Source: Candidatus Moraniibacteriota bacterium (lineage in GTDB: Bacteria; Patescibacteriota; Minisyncoccia; Moranbacterales; UBA1568). From it: DNA of 64,000 nucleotides. Under the pieces are notes generated by a model that saw nothing but the letters and a program-made list of their open reading frames with translations, was not told the DNA's origin and did no database searches. A program made the position numbers and the translations under genes. The stretch covers positions 66,979 through 130,978 of the forward strand of contig CP064975.1 in the NCBI GenBank assembly GCA_016699425.1, written 5' to 3'. Positions 1-9,450 of this stretch are shown here, piece by piece (positions within the stretch are counted from its first letter, which is position 1; each line of letters opens with the position of its first letter).

Positions 1-89
1 TTCCCCTGATCCGACTCGCTCGGAAATCCACTCGGTTCACGTCTGCTGACCTCACGCTGATCGAGCGTTCCCAGGTTGCCAGTTGCCAG

Positions 90-533
90 ATGGCCGGCAA
101 TCAGCAGAAACGCTGGGCTACCCGCATTTCGGATATCGCTGCCTGTATTCGGAGGCTCCATGGCGAGCATATCCGTGAGGCCGCGACACAGTATGACTTG
201 TCCGAAAAGCTGATCATCGCCGTGATGATCAAGGAGTCCGAAGGTAATCCCAATGCGGTGTCCTCATCGCGCTGCCTCGGACTGATGCAGCTCTTGCCGT
301 CGACGGCTCGTGGCTATGGTATCGACCTAGCCCAGATCTTCGATCCCCGCACCAATATTTTGGTCGGCGCGCGCGTACTCCGTGACTACGGAGCCAGTGC
401 GAATCTCGATCGAGGTCTCGCAGCGTACAATCTTGGGCCCGGTGCCGTGAACCAGAGGATGAAGAATGAAAACTTCAATCCCTCCGCCTTCGACTATGTA
501 GTCAAGGTAAAGAATATCCTTCGTCTCCTCTAA
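90..533 (+). CDS. lytic transglycosylase (SLT domain) protein
   Basis: Motifs ESEGNPNAVSSSRCLGLMQLLPSTA and AYNLGPGAV match the catalytic-Glu SLT/GEWL fold; the start may lie upstream of the window. Confidence 0.7.
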   Translation: MAGNQQKRWATRISDIAACIRRLHGEHIREAATQYDLSEKLIIAVMIKESEGNPNAVSSSRCLGLMQLLPSTARGYGIDLAQIFDPRTNILVGARVLRDYGASANLDRGLAAYNLGPGAVNQRMKNENFNPSAFDYVVKVKNILRLL

Positions 534-673
534 GAGAGGTAAGGATTCGAGCGAGAGGCATCTGACCTCTCCTCGTAATGCCCGTCTGATCTATCACTCT
601 GATATGATCGGCGGGCTTTTGAATTTTTATACGCTTCGAGCTACGCTTTTCTGCGTGCTACACTTTTCTCTGT

Positions 674-1399
674 ATGGAATATCGATTCACGAGTATCATG
701 CTCCGGAAGCGCGAAGTGGCGGAGACCGACCGTTTCTATACATTCTTCACGCGCGAGCAGGGCAAGGTGACCGCGATCGCTAAGGGGGTGCGCAAAGCCG
801 AAGCGAAACTCGCAAGTTCGCTCGAGACAGCAACGCTCGCCGAGATCATGGTGGCCCGGACACGCGGTGTGGGCAAGATCACGGGTGCGGTCCTGGAACA
901 ATCCTATCCGGCGCTGCATCGTTCCTTTGAGCTCTTGCGTGAGACGGTCCAGTTCTTCGCCGCGGTTGATCACTTGGTCGAGCCAGAGGAGAAAGACGAG
1001 ACGCTCTTCGCCCTCCTCCGGACCTATCTCGAGACCGGCGAGCGTATTGCGACCGAAGGGAAAGATATGCACCAGGGACGGCTGCTCACTGAGGCGGCTT
1101 TCTTCCGACTTTTTGTCTTGCTCGGCTACCAATTTGAATTGAGCCGTTGCAGTATCTCGCATGAACGGCTGAAGCAAGGCGGGCGGTTCTTCCTGAGCTT
1201 CGAAACCGGCGGTGTCGTGTCAGAGTCGCATGTCCGTGAGGTGAAAGACGCCCAACCGATATCGGAGAGTGCGATCAAGGCGCTCCGGCTCATGACCGCG
1301 CAGTCGCTCGAACATATCCCGAGAATCATCCTCGATGACCGGACCAGAGATGAACTCACTCGACTCAGAACCAGTTATCAGCGCTGGATCAGGGATTGA
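674..1399 (+). CDS. recO: DNA repair protein RecO-like
   Basis: The N-terminal OB-fold signature (VLRKREVAETDRFYTFFTREQGKVTAIAKGVRKAEAK) resembles RecO, but the C-terminal zinc-finger region is degenerate. Confidence 0.55.
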   Translation: MEYRFTSIMLRKREVAETDRFYTFFTREQGKVTAIAKGVRKAEAKLASSLETATLAEIMVARTRGVGKITGAVLEQSYPALHRSFELLRETVQFFAAVDHLVEPEEKDETLFALLRTYLETGERIATEGKDMHQGRLLTEAAFFRLFVLLGYQFELSRCSISHERLKQGGRFFLSFETGGVVSESHVREVKDAQPISESAIKALRLMTAQSLEHIPRIILDDRTRDELTRLRTSYQRWIRD

Positions 1400-1494
1400 G
1401 TAGCTGTATCGATGACAGTATACTCGGTTCAGGGCGGACCTGACGTCGGCCTTCCTTGGGTCGAGTGACTCTGATAAGATGAAGGCAATACACT

Positions 1495-3438
1495 ATGTCG
1501 CTTACCGAAGTAAACGAAGAGCTTCACCGTCGCAGCCGCGAGGCTGATCCGACGCTGCCTGGAGATGCTGATTTCCAGCCGAAATCGATTCTTCCTGAAT
1601 CAACGGACGTGCCGCCCCCCGTGGTGCCTTTGGGTGATGCTTGGGGAGGGGAAGAGACGCGCAATGTACCGGTCGCTCCCGGGATGAAATTTAACAATCC
1701 TCTCGGTCACCTGCCGCGAAAAGCCGCACTACTCTTGGGTGGCATCGCCCTCACTCTCATCGCTGCGGGGGTTATCTTCAAGGTAAGCGGGTGGCTCTTC
1801 GTCCCGGAACGCGTCATTGTGAGTATCACAGGCCCGAAGCGCTCCGAAAGCAATGATCCGGTCGAGTACGTGATCCGCTATGAGAACAATAACTGGGTCG
1901 ATCTCGATGAAGCCGAACTCATCATCACGTATCCGGAATTCTTCCGCTTTGCATCCACCGATGGATTTCAGATGAGCGCGACTCGGGCCGTGCTCCCGCT
2001 CGGGACGGTGAAGAAGTCCAGTCAAAACAGCGTCACGATCAAGGGCTCCTTCCAATCATTGCAGGACCAGGTTGCGCTCTTCACAGCGACCTTGCGCGCG
2101 GCGCCGAAGGGCGTGTCGAGCCGTATCGATACGGAGTTTCAATACAGTGTTGCCGTAGAGAGCTCGGCCGTCGTCGTGGAGCTCTCGGCTCCGCAGCAGG
2201 CAGGGGACAATCAATTCGCAGACTACGTCGCGACGTATCGCAATGAGAGTGTTGAGACCATCAGTAATCTCGAGCTCGTCGTCGAGTATCCAGCTGGTTT
2301 CACATATCGCGAATCAGATCCGGCTCCCTCGCGAGCAGAGAATATCTGGCGTCTCCCGACGCTCGCACCGGGAGCCTCGGGCACAGTGACAATCCGGGGT
2401 GTGCTGACGGGACTCCAGGGCGATGTAAAGCGTGTCTGGGCCAGAGTCGGAGTACCACAAGGGGATGGTTCGCTCCTGTCTTATGCCGAGATCGAACGAC
2501 AGACTCGTATCGTGGCCTCGCCCCTCGTCATTTTTCAGAAGATTGGTGAGCATGAAGAAAAACAGGTCGTCGAACCAGGCGAGTCTCTAGCGTATCGGAT
2601 TGTATTTCGGAACGATGGTGATGTCGGACTTCGCGATCTCATCGTCACCGTCGATATCGACCCGAAGTACTTCGATGTGAACAAGATTCAGTTGAACGAA
2701 GGTGGAGGGGCCTACAACATCGCCAAACAGCAGATTGTGTTCCGAGCGGCCGATCGGGCGGTCCTCTCGCACATCGAGCCGGGTCAAAGTGGCGAAATCA
2801 CCTTCACCGTTCCGGTGCGATCGGATTTTGCCGCGTCGGGCAGGAGCAATGTGGAGATCGAATCGATCGCGCGGATTGACAGTCCGGATGTTCCGACCCC
2901 GATCGGGGCGAACAAAGTTATCGCAAGCAATCGGATCGCATTCAAGGTCAAAACAGCGCCAGTCTTCGAGCTGCTCGGATTCCATTTTGATGAGCATGGG
3001 AATACTGGTCCAGTCCCGCCGATTGTCGGTCAAGAGACAACATACACGCTGAATCTCCGCGTGGCGAGCACGCTGAATGCGCTGGAGGATGCACGAGTAG
3101 TCTTGTCTGTGCCCGGTCAGGTGCGTTACTTGAAGACCTATACGAATGGACAGGGGTCAGTCATTTACAATGATCGGACCGGTGAGATTTTCTGGAATCT
3201 GGGGACCATGGCACCGGGAGTTGGCAAGACTATCGGTTTGTCAATTCAAATCGGTTTTACACCCGACCCGAGCCAGGTTGGGACTGAAGCGAGGATTGTG
3301 AATTCGGCTGTGCTCACCGGCAAAGATATCTGGAGTGGGGCAATGGTGCAGAGTACTCTCCCAGCCAAACTCATGAATCCTATGGAGGATACTCATTTGA
3401 TAGATGAGCTGAAGTCCGGCGTGAGAGCAGCGCAGTAG
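1495..3438 (+). CDS. membrane-anchored protein with four DUF11/CARDB-like beta-sandwich repeats
   Basis: A single TM helix (AALLLGGIALTLIAAGVIF) is followed by four ~120 aa repeats, each with a Y(P/E)xxF(R/T)Y motif; function unknown. Confidence 0.6.
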   Translation: MSLTEVNEELHRRSREADPTLPGDADFQPKSILPESTDVPPPVVPLGDAWGGEETRNVPVAPGMKFNNPLGHLPRKAALLLGGIALTLIAAGVIFKVSGWLFVPERVIVSITGPKRSESNDPVEYVIRYENNNWVDLDEAELIITYPEFFRFASTDGFQMSATRAVLPLGTVKKSSQNSVTIKGSFQSLQDQVALFTATLRAAPKGVSSRIDTEFQYSVAVESSAVVVELSAPQQAGDNQFADYVATYRNESVETISNLELVVEYPAGFTYRESDPAPSRAENIWRLPTLAPGASGTVTIRGVLTGLQGDVKRVWARVGVPQGDGSLLSYAEIERQTRIVASPLVIFQKIGEHEEKQVVEPGESLAYRIVFRNDGDVGLRDLIVTVDIDPKYFDVNKIQLNEGGGAYNIAKQQIVFRAADRAVLSHIEPGQSGEITFTVPVRSDFAASGRSNVEIESIARIDSPDVPTPIGANKVIASNRIAFKVKTAPVFELLGFHFDEHGNTGPVPPIVGQETTYTLNLRVASTLNALEDARVVLSVPGQVRYLKTYTNGQGSVIYNDRTGEIFWNLGTMAPGVGKTIGLSIQIGFTPDPSQVGTEARIVNSAVLTGKDIWSGAMVQSTLPAKLMNPMEDTHLIDELKSGVRAAQ

Positions 3439-3459
3439 GCACGGACACCAGAAACAGCG

Positions 3460-4569
3460 ATGGATACAGCGGTAAAGAGAAAGCACATACTCGTCACGAG
3501 AAACGGCGCCGTCCAGACGCCGGTTTTCATGCCGATCGCGACCCGTGGCACAGTGAAGCATCTTACGACAGACGACCTTCACATGCTCGGGGCGGAGATC
3601 GTCCTCGGCAATACCTATCACCTATGGCTACGGCCAGGTGATGATCTAATCGCGCGCGCGGGTGATCTCCATCAATTCATGTGCTGGGGCAGGTCGATTC
3701 TCACAGACTCGGGCGGTTTCCAGGTGTTTTCCTTGGGGGCGCGGGCTGGTGAGCGCTTTGGGAAAAGCGGTGTGAAACTTTCGGAGGAGGGGGTGGAGTT
3801 TCAGGATCCGACGAATGGCAACACCTATTTCCTTTCGCCAGAAAAGTCGATCGATATCCAGCTCAATCTCGGCTCAGATATCATCATGGTCCTCGACGAG
3901 TGTCCGCCGTATCCGTGCACACGCGAGTATGCGCTCGCTTCGCTTGAGCGGACGACGCGTTGGGCGGCGCGAGCTAAGGCACATTTCGAAAAGCGCATTG
4001 TCGAACTCGACCTCACAGAAAACCGGCCGCTTCTTTTTGGTATCGTCCAGGGTTCCACGTATCCGAAACTCCGCGAACAATCGGTACGTGAACTGACAGC
4101 GATCGGATTTGATGGCTATGCGATCGGCGGAGTCGCAGTTGGTGAACCGCGTGAGAGCCTATCAGATATCCTAGCAGCAACTCTTCCACATCTTCCAGCG
4201 AACAAACCGCGCTACCTCATGGGACTTGGCCGCCCGGAGGAAATCGTCATGGCGGTCAGGGCCGGGGTCGATATGTTTGACTGCGTCATCCCGACACGTG
4301 AGGGACGGCACGGGCGACTTTTTTACCGGACGGGGAAGACCCTGGATACCATCGGTAGTTTTTATCAGACGGAGAATCTGACGAGCGAAGCCTTTCGCGA
4401 AGATTTCTCACCGATCGATGCCGACAGTCCGATCCCGCTCCTCCGGGAATATTCCAAAAGCTATCTCCGTCATCAGTTTGCGGCGGCCGAACCGCTCGCC
4501 GGCCGCCTCGCGACCCTGCACAATCTCGCCTTCTATCTCGGGCTCATGCGAGAGCTTCGCGAAGAGTAG
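3460..4569 (+). CDS. tgt: queuine tRNA-ribosyltransferase
   Basis: TGT hallmarks are present: LTDSGGFQVFSLG, the DCVIPTR catalytic Asp region, and LGLMRELR at the C-terminus. Confidence 0.9.
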   Translation: MDTAVKRKHILVTRNGAVQTPVFMPIATRGTVKHLTTDDLHMLGAEIVLGNTYHLWLRPGDDLIARAGDLHQFMCWGRSILTDSGGFQVFSLGARAGERFGKSGVKLSEEGVEFQDPTNGNTYFLSPEKSIDIQLNLGSDIIMVLDECPPYPCTREYALASLERTTRWAARAKAHFEKRIVELDLTENRPLLFGIVQGSTYPKLREQSVRELTAIGFDGYAIGGVAVGEPRESLSDILAATLPHLPANKPRYLMGLGRPEEIVMAVRAGVDMFDCVIPTREGRHGRLFYRTGKTLDTIGSFYQTENLTSEAFREDFSPIDADSPIPLLREYSKSYLRHQFAAAEPLAGRLATLHNLAFYLGLMRELREE

Positions 4570-4651
4570 GGACTCGCTATTTTTTCAAGATAAAAAAAAC
4601 GGCGCGGAGCAGGATGCTGCTTCGCGCTTGGTTAAGAATCGATGGCATCAA

Positions 4652-5008
4652 TCAGTCGGATGGGTATGTCTGAGGGATCCAACGCCCGATGTTGCGAGCG
4701 AGCCCTTTCATGACTATGACGAGCCGAACGTCTTGGTGGAATGCAGGATGGTCTTGGCTTGTGTATTCGGCCGCTCGATTCTTCAGCCTCCGGGATCGTT
4801 GATGAGCAGTCGCGGTGAGTTGTGTCGAGAGGCTGCGCCAATCGCGGCGTTCGAAGAGAACTTGTAGGTGGTCGAGTCCTTGCACACCGAAGAGGTTGAG
4901 ATACATGATGGTCCGGACTTCTGAGAGTGTGGCGGTATTGCCAGCGCGATTCAGGAAATTGACAGCCTGGTTAAGTGTGCGGAGTTGTTCGGGGAAGGTC
5001 TCTGTCAT
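4652..5008 (-). CDS. hypothetical protein
   Basis: The ORF-track ORF 4652..5194 was trimmed to an internal ATG (MTETFPEQL) preceded by a GGAG motif; no recognizable domain; it is the only minus-strand ORF in a + strand block. Confidence 0.3.
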   Translation of the reverse strand: MTETFPEQLRTLNQAVNFLNRAGNTATLSEVRTIMYLNLFGVQGLDHLQVLFERRDWRSLSTQLTATAHQRSRRLKNRAAEYTSQDHPAFHQDVRLVIVMKGLARNIGRWIPQTYPSD

Positions 5009-5138
5009 GGAGTGCTCCAGTGGGTTGGATCGGTTGATGGATGGAGTGAATGTTGATATATTCACTATGGTAAAGAATCTGCTGAATATAGGGAAAAAGC
5101 GCTTTTTTGTCAACCTTGGAAGAGAGGGAATGTAAAGA

Positions 5139-6581
5139 ATGATTATGACGGAAAAACAAGACGGTCTGATGGACAAGATCATCTCGCTCGCCAAGCGACG
5201 CGGCTTCGTGTTTCCGTCGTCGGAAATCTACGGCGGTTTTGCAGCGGTGTATGACTTCGGCCCGTATGGTGTCGAACTGGCCAAAAACATCCGCGAGGCC
5301 TGGTGGAAAGCGATGGTCCGCGATCACGACAATATCGTGGGGCTCGACAGTGCCATCTTCATGCATCCGAAAGTCTGGGAGGCATCGGGGCATGTCGGCG
5401 GATTTAGCGATCCACTTGCGGAATGCAAAGAGTGTCACACACGTGTTCGAGTTGATCATCTCCTTGAAGCGGTCGATGTCTTTGCTGATGAAAAGATGAC
5501 CGAAGCGGAGATCAATGCGCTTTTCACAGAAAACAAGGAAAAAGTGAAATGCCCGAAATGTGGCAAGAGTAATTTCACCGAGGCGAAGAGCTTCAATCTC
5601 CTCGTCAAATCAAACTTAGGAAACTTTACTGAGAGCTGGACCAAAGAGCCTGCCCGAGACGCTTCGCAGAGCGATGCGGGCGGGCCGACCTACCTCCGGG
5701 GTGAGACGTGTCAGGGGATCTATGTGAATTTCAAGAACGTCCTCGATTCGTCGCGGGTGAAGGTGCCATTCGGTATCGCACAGATTGGCAAAGCCTTTCG
5801 CAATGAGATCACCGCCCGCCAGTTCATCTTCCGCAAGCGCGAATTTGAACAGATGGAAATGCAGTACTTCATCCGGCCGGAAGAGGCGGCGACGGTGTAT
5901 GAAGAGTGGCGCGCCAAGCGTTTCCAGTACTATATCGATCTCGGCATCAAACCAGAGAACCTCCGTTGGCACCAGCATGAGAATCTGGTCTTCTATGCCA
6001 AGGCGGCTTGGGATATCGAGTACAATTTCCCCTTTGGCTTCAAGGAGCTTGAAGGTGTGCATAATCGGAGCGATTATGATCTGACCCAGCACTCGAAATT
6101 CTCGGGTGTCGATCTCTCATATCGCGACCCGGTGACGAATGAAAAATACATCCCATGGATCGTGGAGACGTCCGTCGGCCTCGAGCGCACCTTTCTGGCC
6201 GTCTTGACCGACGCTTATTCTGAAGAGAAGATCACTGAAGACGATACACGCATTGTGCTGAAACTCCCGAAACAGCTTGCCCCGGTACAAGTGGCGGTCT
6301 TCCCACTCATGAAGAATAAGCCGGAACTAGTGAACAAGGCACGCGAAGTGTATCAGAAGCTCAAAAAAGATTTCCGCTCGGAGTTCGATGACAATGGCAA
6401 TGTCGGCAAGCGCTATCGCCGCCAGGACGAGATCGGCACGCCGTACTGCGTCACGGTCGACTTCGACACCCTCGGCGAGAATCCGGACCTGGCTGGCACC
6501 GTCACCGTCCGTGATCGCGACAGCATGCAGCAGGAGCGGGTGAAGATAGAAGAGCTCAAGACATATCTATCAAGGGATTAA
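5139..6581 (+). CDS. glyQS: glycine--tRNA ligase (dimeric, archaeal/eukaryotic-type)
   Basis: Class II motifs and full-length similarity to GlyQS-type GlyRS (FVFPSSEIYGG, FRNEITARQFIFRKREFEQMEMQYF, anticodon-binding C-terminus). Confidence 0.9.
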   Translation: MIMTEKQDGLMDKIISLAKRRGFVFPSSEIYGGFAAVYDFGPYGVELAKNIREAWWKAMVRDHDNIVGLDSAIFMHPKVWEASGHVGGFSDPLAECKECHTRVRVDHLLEAVDVFADEKMTEAEINALFTENKEKVKCPKCGKSNFTEAKSFNLLVKSNLGNFTESWTKEPARDASQSDAGGPTYLRGETCQGIYVNFKNVLDSSRVKVPFGIAQIGKAFRNEITARQFIFRKREFEQMEMQYFIRPEEAATVYEEWRAKRFQYYIDLGIKPENLRWHQHENLVFYAKAAWDIEYNFPFGFKELEGVHNRSDYDLTQHSKFSGVDLSYRDPVTNEKYIPWIVETSVGLERTFLAVLTDAYSEEKITEDDTRIVLKLPKQLAPVQVAVFPLMKNKPELVNKAREVYQKLKKDFRSEFDDNGNVGKRYRRQDEIGTPYCVTVDFDTLGENPDLAGTVTVRDRDSMQQERVKIEELKTYLSRD

Positions 6582-6590
6582 TATAATGTT

Positions 6591-6914
6591 ATGCCGATAG
6601 TCCGTGTCGATTTTGATCAGGAGAAAGTAAATCCAGCGGATGCTCGGGCCCTCTCGGAAGCAATTCAGAAGATCGTGGCCGAAGTGACAGAAATCGAGGA
6701 TGTCATCGTGTATGCGAATGATTCGCAAATAAAAGTGAAAGCCTGGCCAGTAGAAGTTTTTGTCCAGATGAACGTAAGTCTTATCAAGGAGGAGGATAAG
6801 TTATTTGAATCATTGAAGTCGCGTATCATCGCCTGGAAGAAAGAAAGTAATTTCCCGCACCCGATCAATCTGACATTTATCCCGATGAAGTGGCGGATCG
6901 AGGTAGGACTGTAA
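6591..6914 (+). CDS. hypothetical protein, possibly tautomerase-superfamily (N-terminal Met-Pro)
   Basis: Starts MPIVRVDF, like the catalytic Pro1 of 4-oxalocrotonate tautomerase/DUF1904 proteins; the beta-alpha-beta size fits; low GC. Confidence 0.4.
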   Translation: MPIVRVDFDQEKVNPADARALSEAIQKIVAEVTEIEDVIVYANDSQIKVKAWPVEVFVQMNVSLIKEEDKLFESLKSRIIAWKKESNFPHPINLTFIPMKWRIEVGL

Positions 6915-6945
6915 CCTGAGATGATCAAATAAAGAGTAAATACGT

Positions 6946-7647
6946 ATGAGTATGTATAATCCTGAAAAAAAACAACCAGTATCTTCCCCATCCGAATCCG
7001 ATGAGCTTGAAATCGATTTGGGTACGGCAGACAAAAAAAGAGAGGGAAACGAGATCACTTTGACAGCAGGCAATACTAGCGAGTCGCTGTCTGCATCTCC
7101 TATTGATCCAGCAATTGTTGCTAGCGAGGCTGCAAATGATAGGCAAGAGAGTGGCGAGAACGCAGAGAAATTGATTTCAGCCATCAAATCAGGCGCATCC
7201 GGTGGAAAGTTGAAAGAGTTTGTAGCAGCACTCGCTGTTGGAACGGCGCTGGCTGTTGATGCTACTGCTGCCCAAGCAGAACCAGTTCCGAGTACTCTCG
7301 AGAAGATACAAACGCCCGATACGCAGGAGCAGCGAGGGTGGAAAGAAAAACCATTTTCTGGCAGCGTCGAACATCCAACACTGGGGAAAATCTCAATTGA
7401 GCTACAGGCCGTCCGGCGCTCCGACGGGTCCTTTGCTGCGGAGCAGTGTACTGCGAAAATCAATGGGAAAGACCGCAAGGTTTTGGGGGCATTGCAGTCA
7501 AGGGCGAAGAATGCGCCGGCCATGAGCTACATCATCGAGGGGGAGAAACCTGGCGCGATGGACTATATCCGTTTACATATTGATGGTAGTAGATACACCA
7601 CAAAAGATGAGGGAGGGAATGAACTCGTTTTGCCAATTACTGAGTAA
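6946..7647 (+). CDS. hypothetical protein (low-complexity acidic N-terminus)
   Basis: Long ORF in a lower-GC segment with no recognizable domain. Confidence 0.45.
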   Translation: MSMYNPEKKQPVSSPSESDELEIDLGTADKKREGNEITLTAGNTSESLSASPIDPAIVASEAANDRQESGENAEKLISAIKSGASGGKLKEFVAALAVGTALAVDATAAQAEPVPSTLEKIQTPDTQEQRGWKEKPFSGSVEHPTLGKISIELQAVRRSDGSFAAEQCTAKINGKDRKVLGALQSRAKNAPAMSYIIEGEKPGAMDYIRLHIDGSRYTTKDEGGNELVLPITE

Positions 7648-7650
7648 CTG

Positions 7651-7687
7651 TATGAACTACAAGAAACACACGTTGAAGAATGGGTGA
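7651..7687 (+). repeat. direct repeat copy 1 (duplicated 5' end of the M16 peptidase gene: ATGAACTACAAGAAACACAC(G/T)TTGAAGAATGGGT)
   Basis: 36/37 nt identical to 8159..8195; this copy encodes MNYKKHTLKNG followed by a stop. Confidence 0.8.
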
Positions 7688-7738
7688 AGACTGAGGAGTT
7701 GAGTCATCAGCTGCGACGGTAACCATTGCTTATTAATA

Positions 7739-8023
7739 ATGTATATGGAACAACAAGACCAATCTTCAGAAACGAATGAAACTTCTATGGGGACGGATAA
7801 CATAGAGGCTGATGCTGGAGAGAAGAAGATACAATATCGACCAACGGTAGTGCTTATTGCCTTGATTCCCATTTGTATTTTTGGACTATTCTGTTCAATA
7901 CTAGTTGGTGCTGGTGTTGGTGCACATCTTATGTCTGATTTCCTTATCGTCCTTGGTTTACCGGTTTTGGTTATGTCTATAGGTATTGTGGTCATCGGTC
8001 ATTTGTGGGGTCGAGCTCGTTGA
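7739..8023 (+). CDS. small two-TM membrane protein (in low-GC insert)
   Basis: 94 aa with two hydrophobic helices; lies in the ~470 bp ~40% GC segment bounded by the 37-bp direct repeats. Confidence 0.4.
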   Translation: MYMEQQDQSSETNETSMGTDNIEADAGEKKIQYRPTVVLIALIPICIFGLFCSILVGAGVGAHLMSDFLIVLGLPVLVMSIGIVVIGHLWGRAR

Positions 8024-8158
8024 ATATCTATGAAGGTTCGGTTTCTGATCTTAATGGGGATGGTGGTATTAATGCTTAGCCATCCTCGAGCTACATAGTT
8101 GTTGACTACCGTATACAAAGCAGCCTCCTAATTAATTACGCTTTACTTCTGGCATTAG

Positions 8159-8195
8159 TATGAACTACAAGAAACACACTTTGAAGAATGGGTTG
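8159..8195 (+). repeat. direct repeat copy 2 (authentic start of M16 peptidase gene)
   Basis: Matches 7651..7687. Confidence 0.8.
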
Positions 8196-9428
8196 CGCAT
8201 CATCCTCGCACCGATGCAGGACACGCAGACGGCGACGGTCTTCATCATGACGGGGGTGGGGAGTCGCTATGAGACACGTGCCGAAAATGGCCTGGCACAC
8301 TTCCTCGAGCACATGTTTTTCAAGGGGACGAAGAAGCGGCCGAATGCGATCGATATCTCCAAAGAGCTCGATGAGCTCGGTGCGGAATACAATGCGTACA
8401 CGGGCAAGGACCGGACGGCGTACTATGCCAAGGTTGAAGCGCGGCATTGGGACACGGCGCTCGATATCGTCTCGGACCTGTTCCTGAATGCCAAGATCGA
8501 ACAAGAAGAGATCGACCGCGAGAAGGGCGCGATCCTTCAAGAGCTCAACATGTACGAGGATACGCCGATGCGTCACATCAATGACTTGTGGGAGTCGCAT
8601 CTGTACGGCGATACCCCCTTGGGCTGGGAAATCATCGGGACCAAGGAGAACCTCCATGCATTCCGCCGGGCTGACTTCATCAAGTATCTCGCGCGCGGCT
8701 ACGTGGCGGAAAACGTCGTTGTCGGTGTCGCGGGCAATATCGATCCGAAGCAAGTGCTCGCGGCGGTCAAGCAGCATTTTGCCACCATCCGTACTGGGAA
8801 AAAACCGACGTTCAAAAAATTGAAAGACCAGCAGTCGAAGCCGGGGGTCTTCATCCAGAACAAAAAGACGGATCAGACCCACCTCCTCCTCGGGGTGCGA
8901 ACGTATCCGATGGGGCATCCGGACCGGTATGCGCTCTCGGTCCTCGCGACGGTCCTCGGTGGTGGGATGTCATCGCGACTGTTCCTCTCAGTTCGGGAGC
9001 GGCGCGGACTCGCCTATCGGGTCACGACGAGCAGCGACAGTTATCACGATGTCGGTTATCTCACGACTCAAAGCGGAGTGGAACATCAGAACTTGGATGA
9101 GACAGTGAAAGTCATCCTGACTGAGTATCGTCGGATCGCCGATGAACAAGTTGGCGATGAAGAATTGAAGAAAGCCAAAGAACACATGAAGGGACAGATG
9201 GCGCTCGGGTTTGAAGGATCAGACGATATCATCGAATACCTGGTCACTCAGGAAACGCTCAAGGGTGAAATCAAGTTACCGCAGGAGATCGCCAAGAAAA
9301 TCGATCAGGTGACGGCCAAGGATGTGCTCCGTGTCGCGAAAGATATCTTTCGAAACAAGAAACTCAACCTTGCGGTCATTGGACCGAAAGCCGACAAGAA
9401 GAAACTCGAGAAACTGGTGAGGCTGTAA
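8160..9428 (+). CDS. M16 family zinc peptidase (insulinase-like)
   Basis: Inverted zinc motif HFLEHMFFKGT (HxxEH) and the M16 N- and C-domain architecture. Confidence 0.9.
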   Translation: MNYKKHTLKNGLRIILAPMQDTQTATVFIMTGVGSRYETRAENGLAHFLEHMFFKGTKKRPNAIDISKELDELGAEYNAYTGKDRTAYYAKVEARHWDTALDIVSDLFLNAKIEQEEIDREKGAILQELNMYEDTPMRHINDLWESHLYGDTPLGWEIIGTKENLHAFRRADFIKYLARGYVAENVVVGVAGNIDPKQVLAAVKQHFATIRTGKKPTFKKLKDQQSKPGVFIQNKKTDQTHLLLGVRTYPMGHPDRYALSVLATVLGGGMSSRLFLSVRERRGLAYRVTTSSDSYHDVGYLTTQSGVEHQNLDETVKVILTEYRRIADEQVGDEELKKAKEHMKGQMALGFEGSDDIIEYLVTQETLKGEIKLPQEIAKKIDQVTAKDVLRVAKDIFRNKKLNLAVIGPKADKKKLEKLVRL

Positions 9429-9450
9429 GTGTTTAAGTGGAGACGCGCGT

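Noticed and set aside
540-600. 7-bp inverted repeat GAGAGGT(22 nt)ACCTCTC after the SLT gene as a terminator.
   Set aside because: Large loop, no T-run, weak stem; not distinguishable from chance.
8136-8918. Long minus-strand ORFs antisense to clearly conserved genes (for example 8136..8918 versus M16 peptidase, 27450..28781, 29019..29834 versus leuS, 56182..57444 versus the giant gene, 18630..19325 versus atpE/F).
   Set aside because: A high-GC, codon-biased sense strand produces long stop-free antisense frames; their translations are Arg/Pro/Gly-rich nonsense and they overlap well-supported genes.
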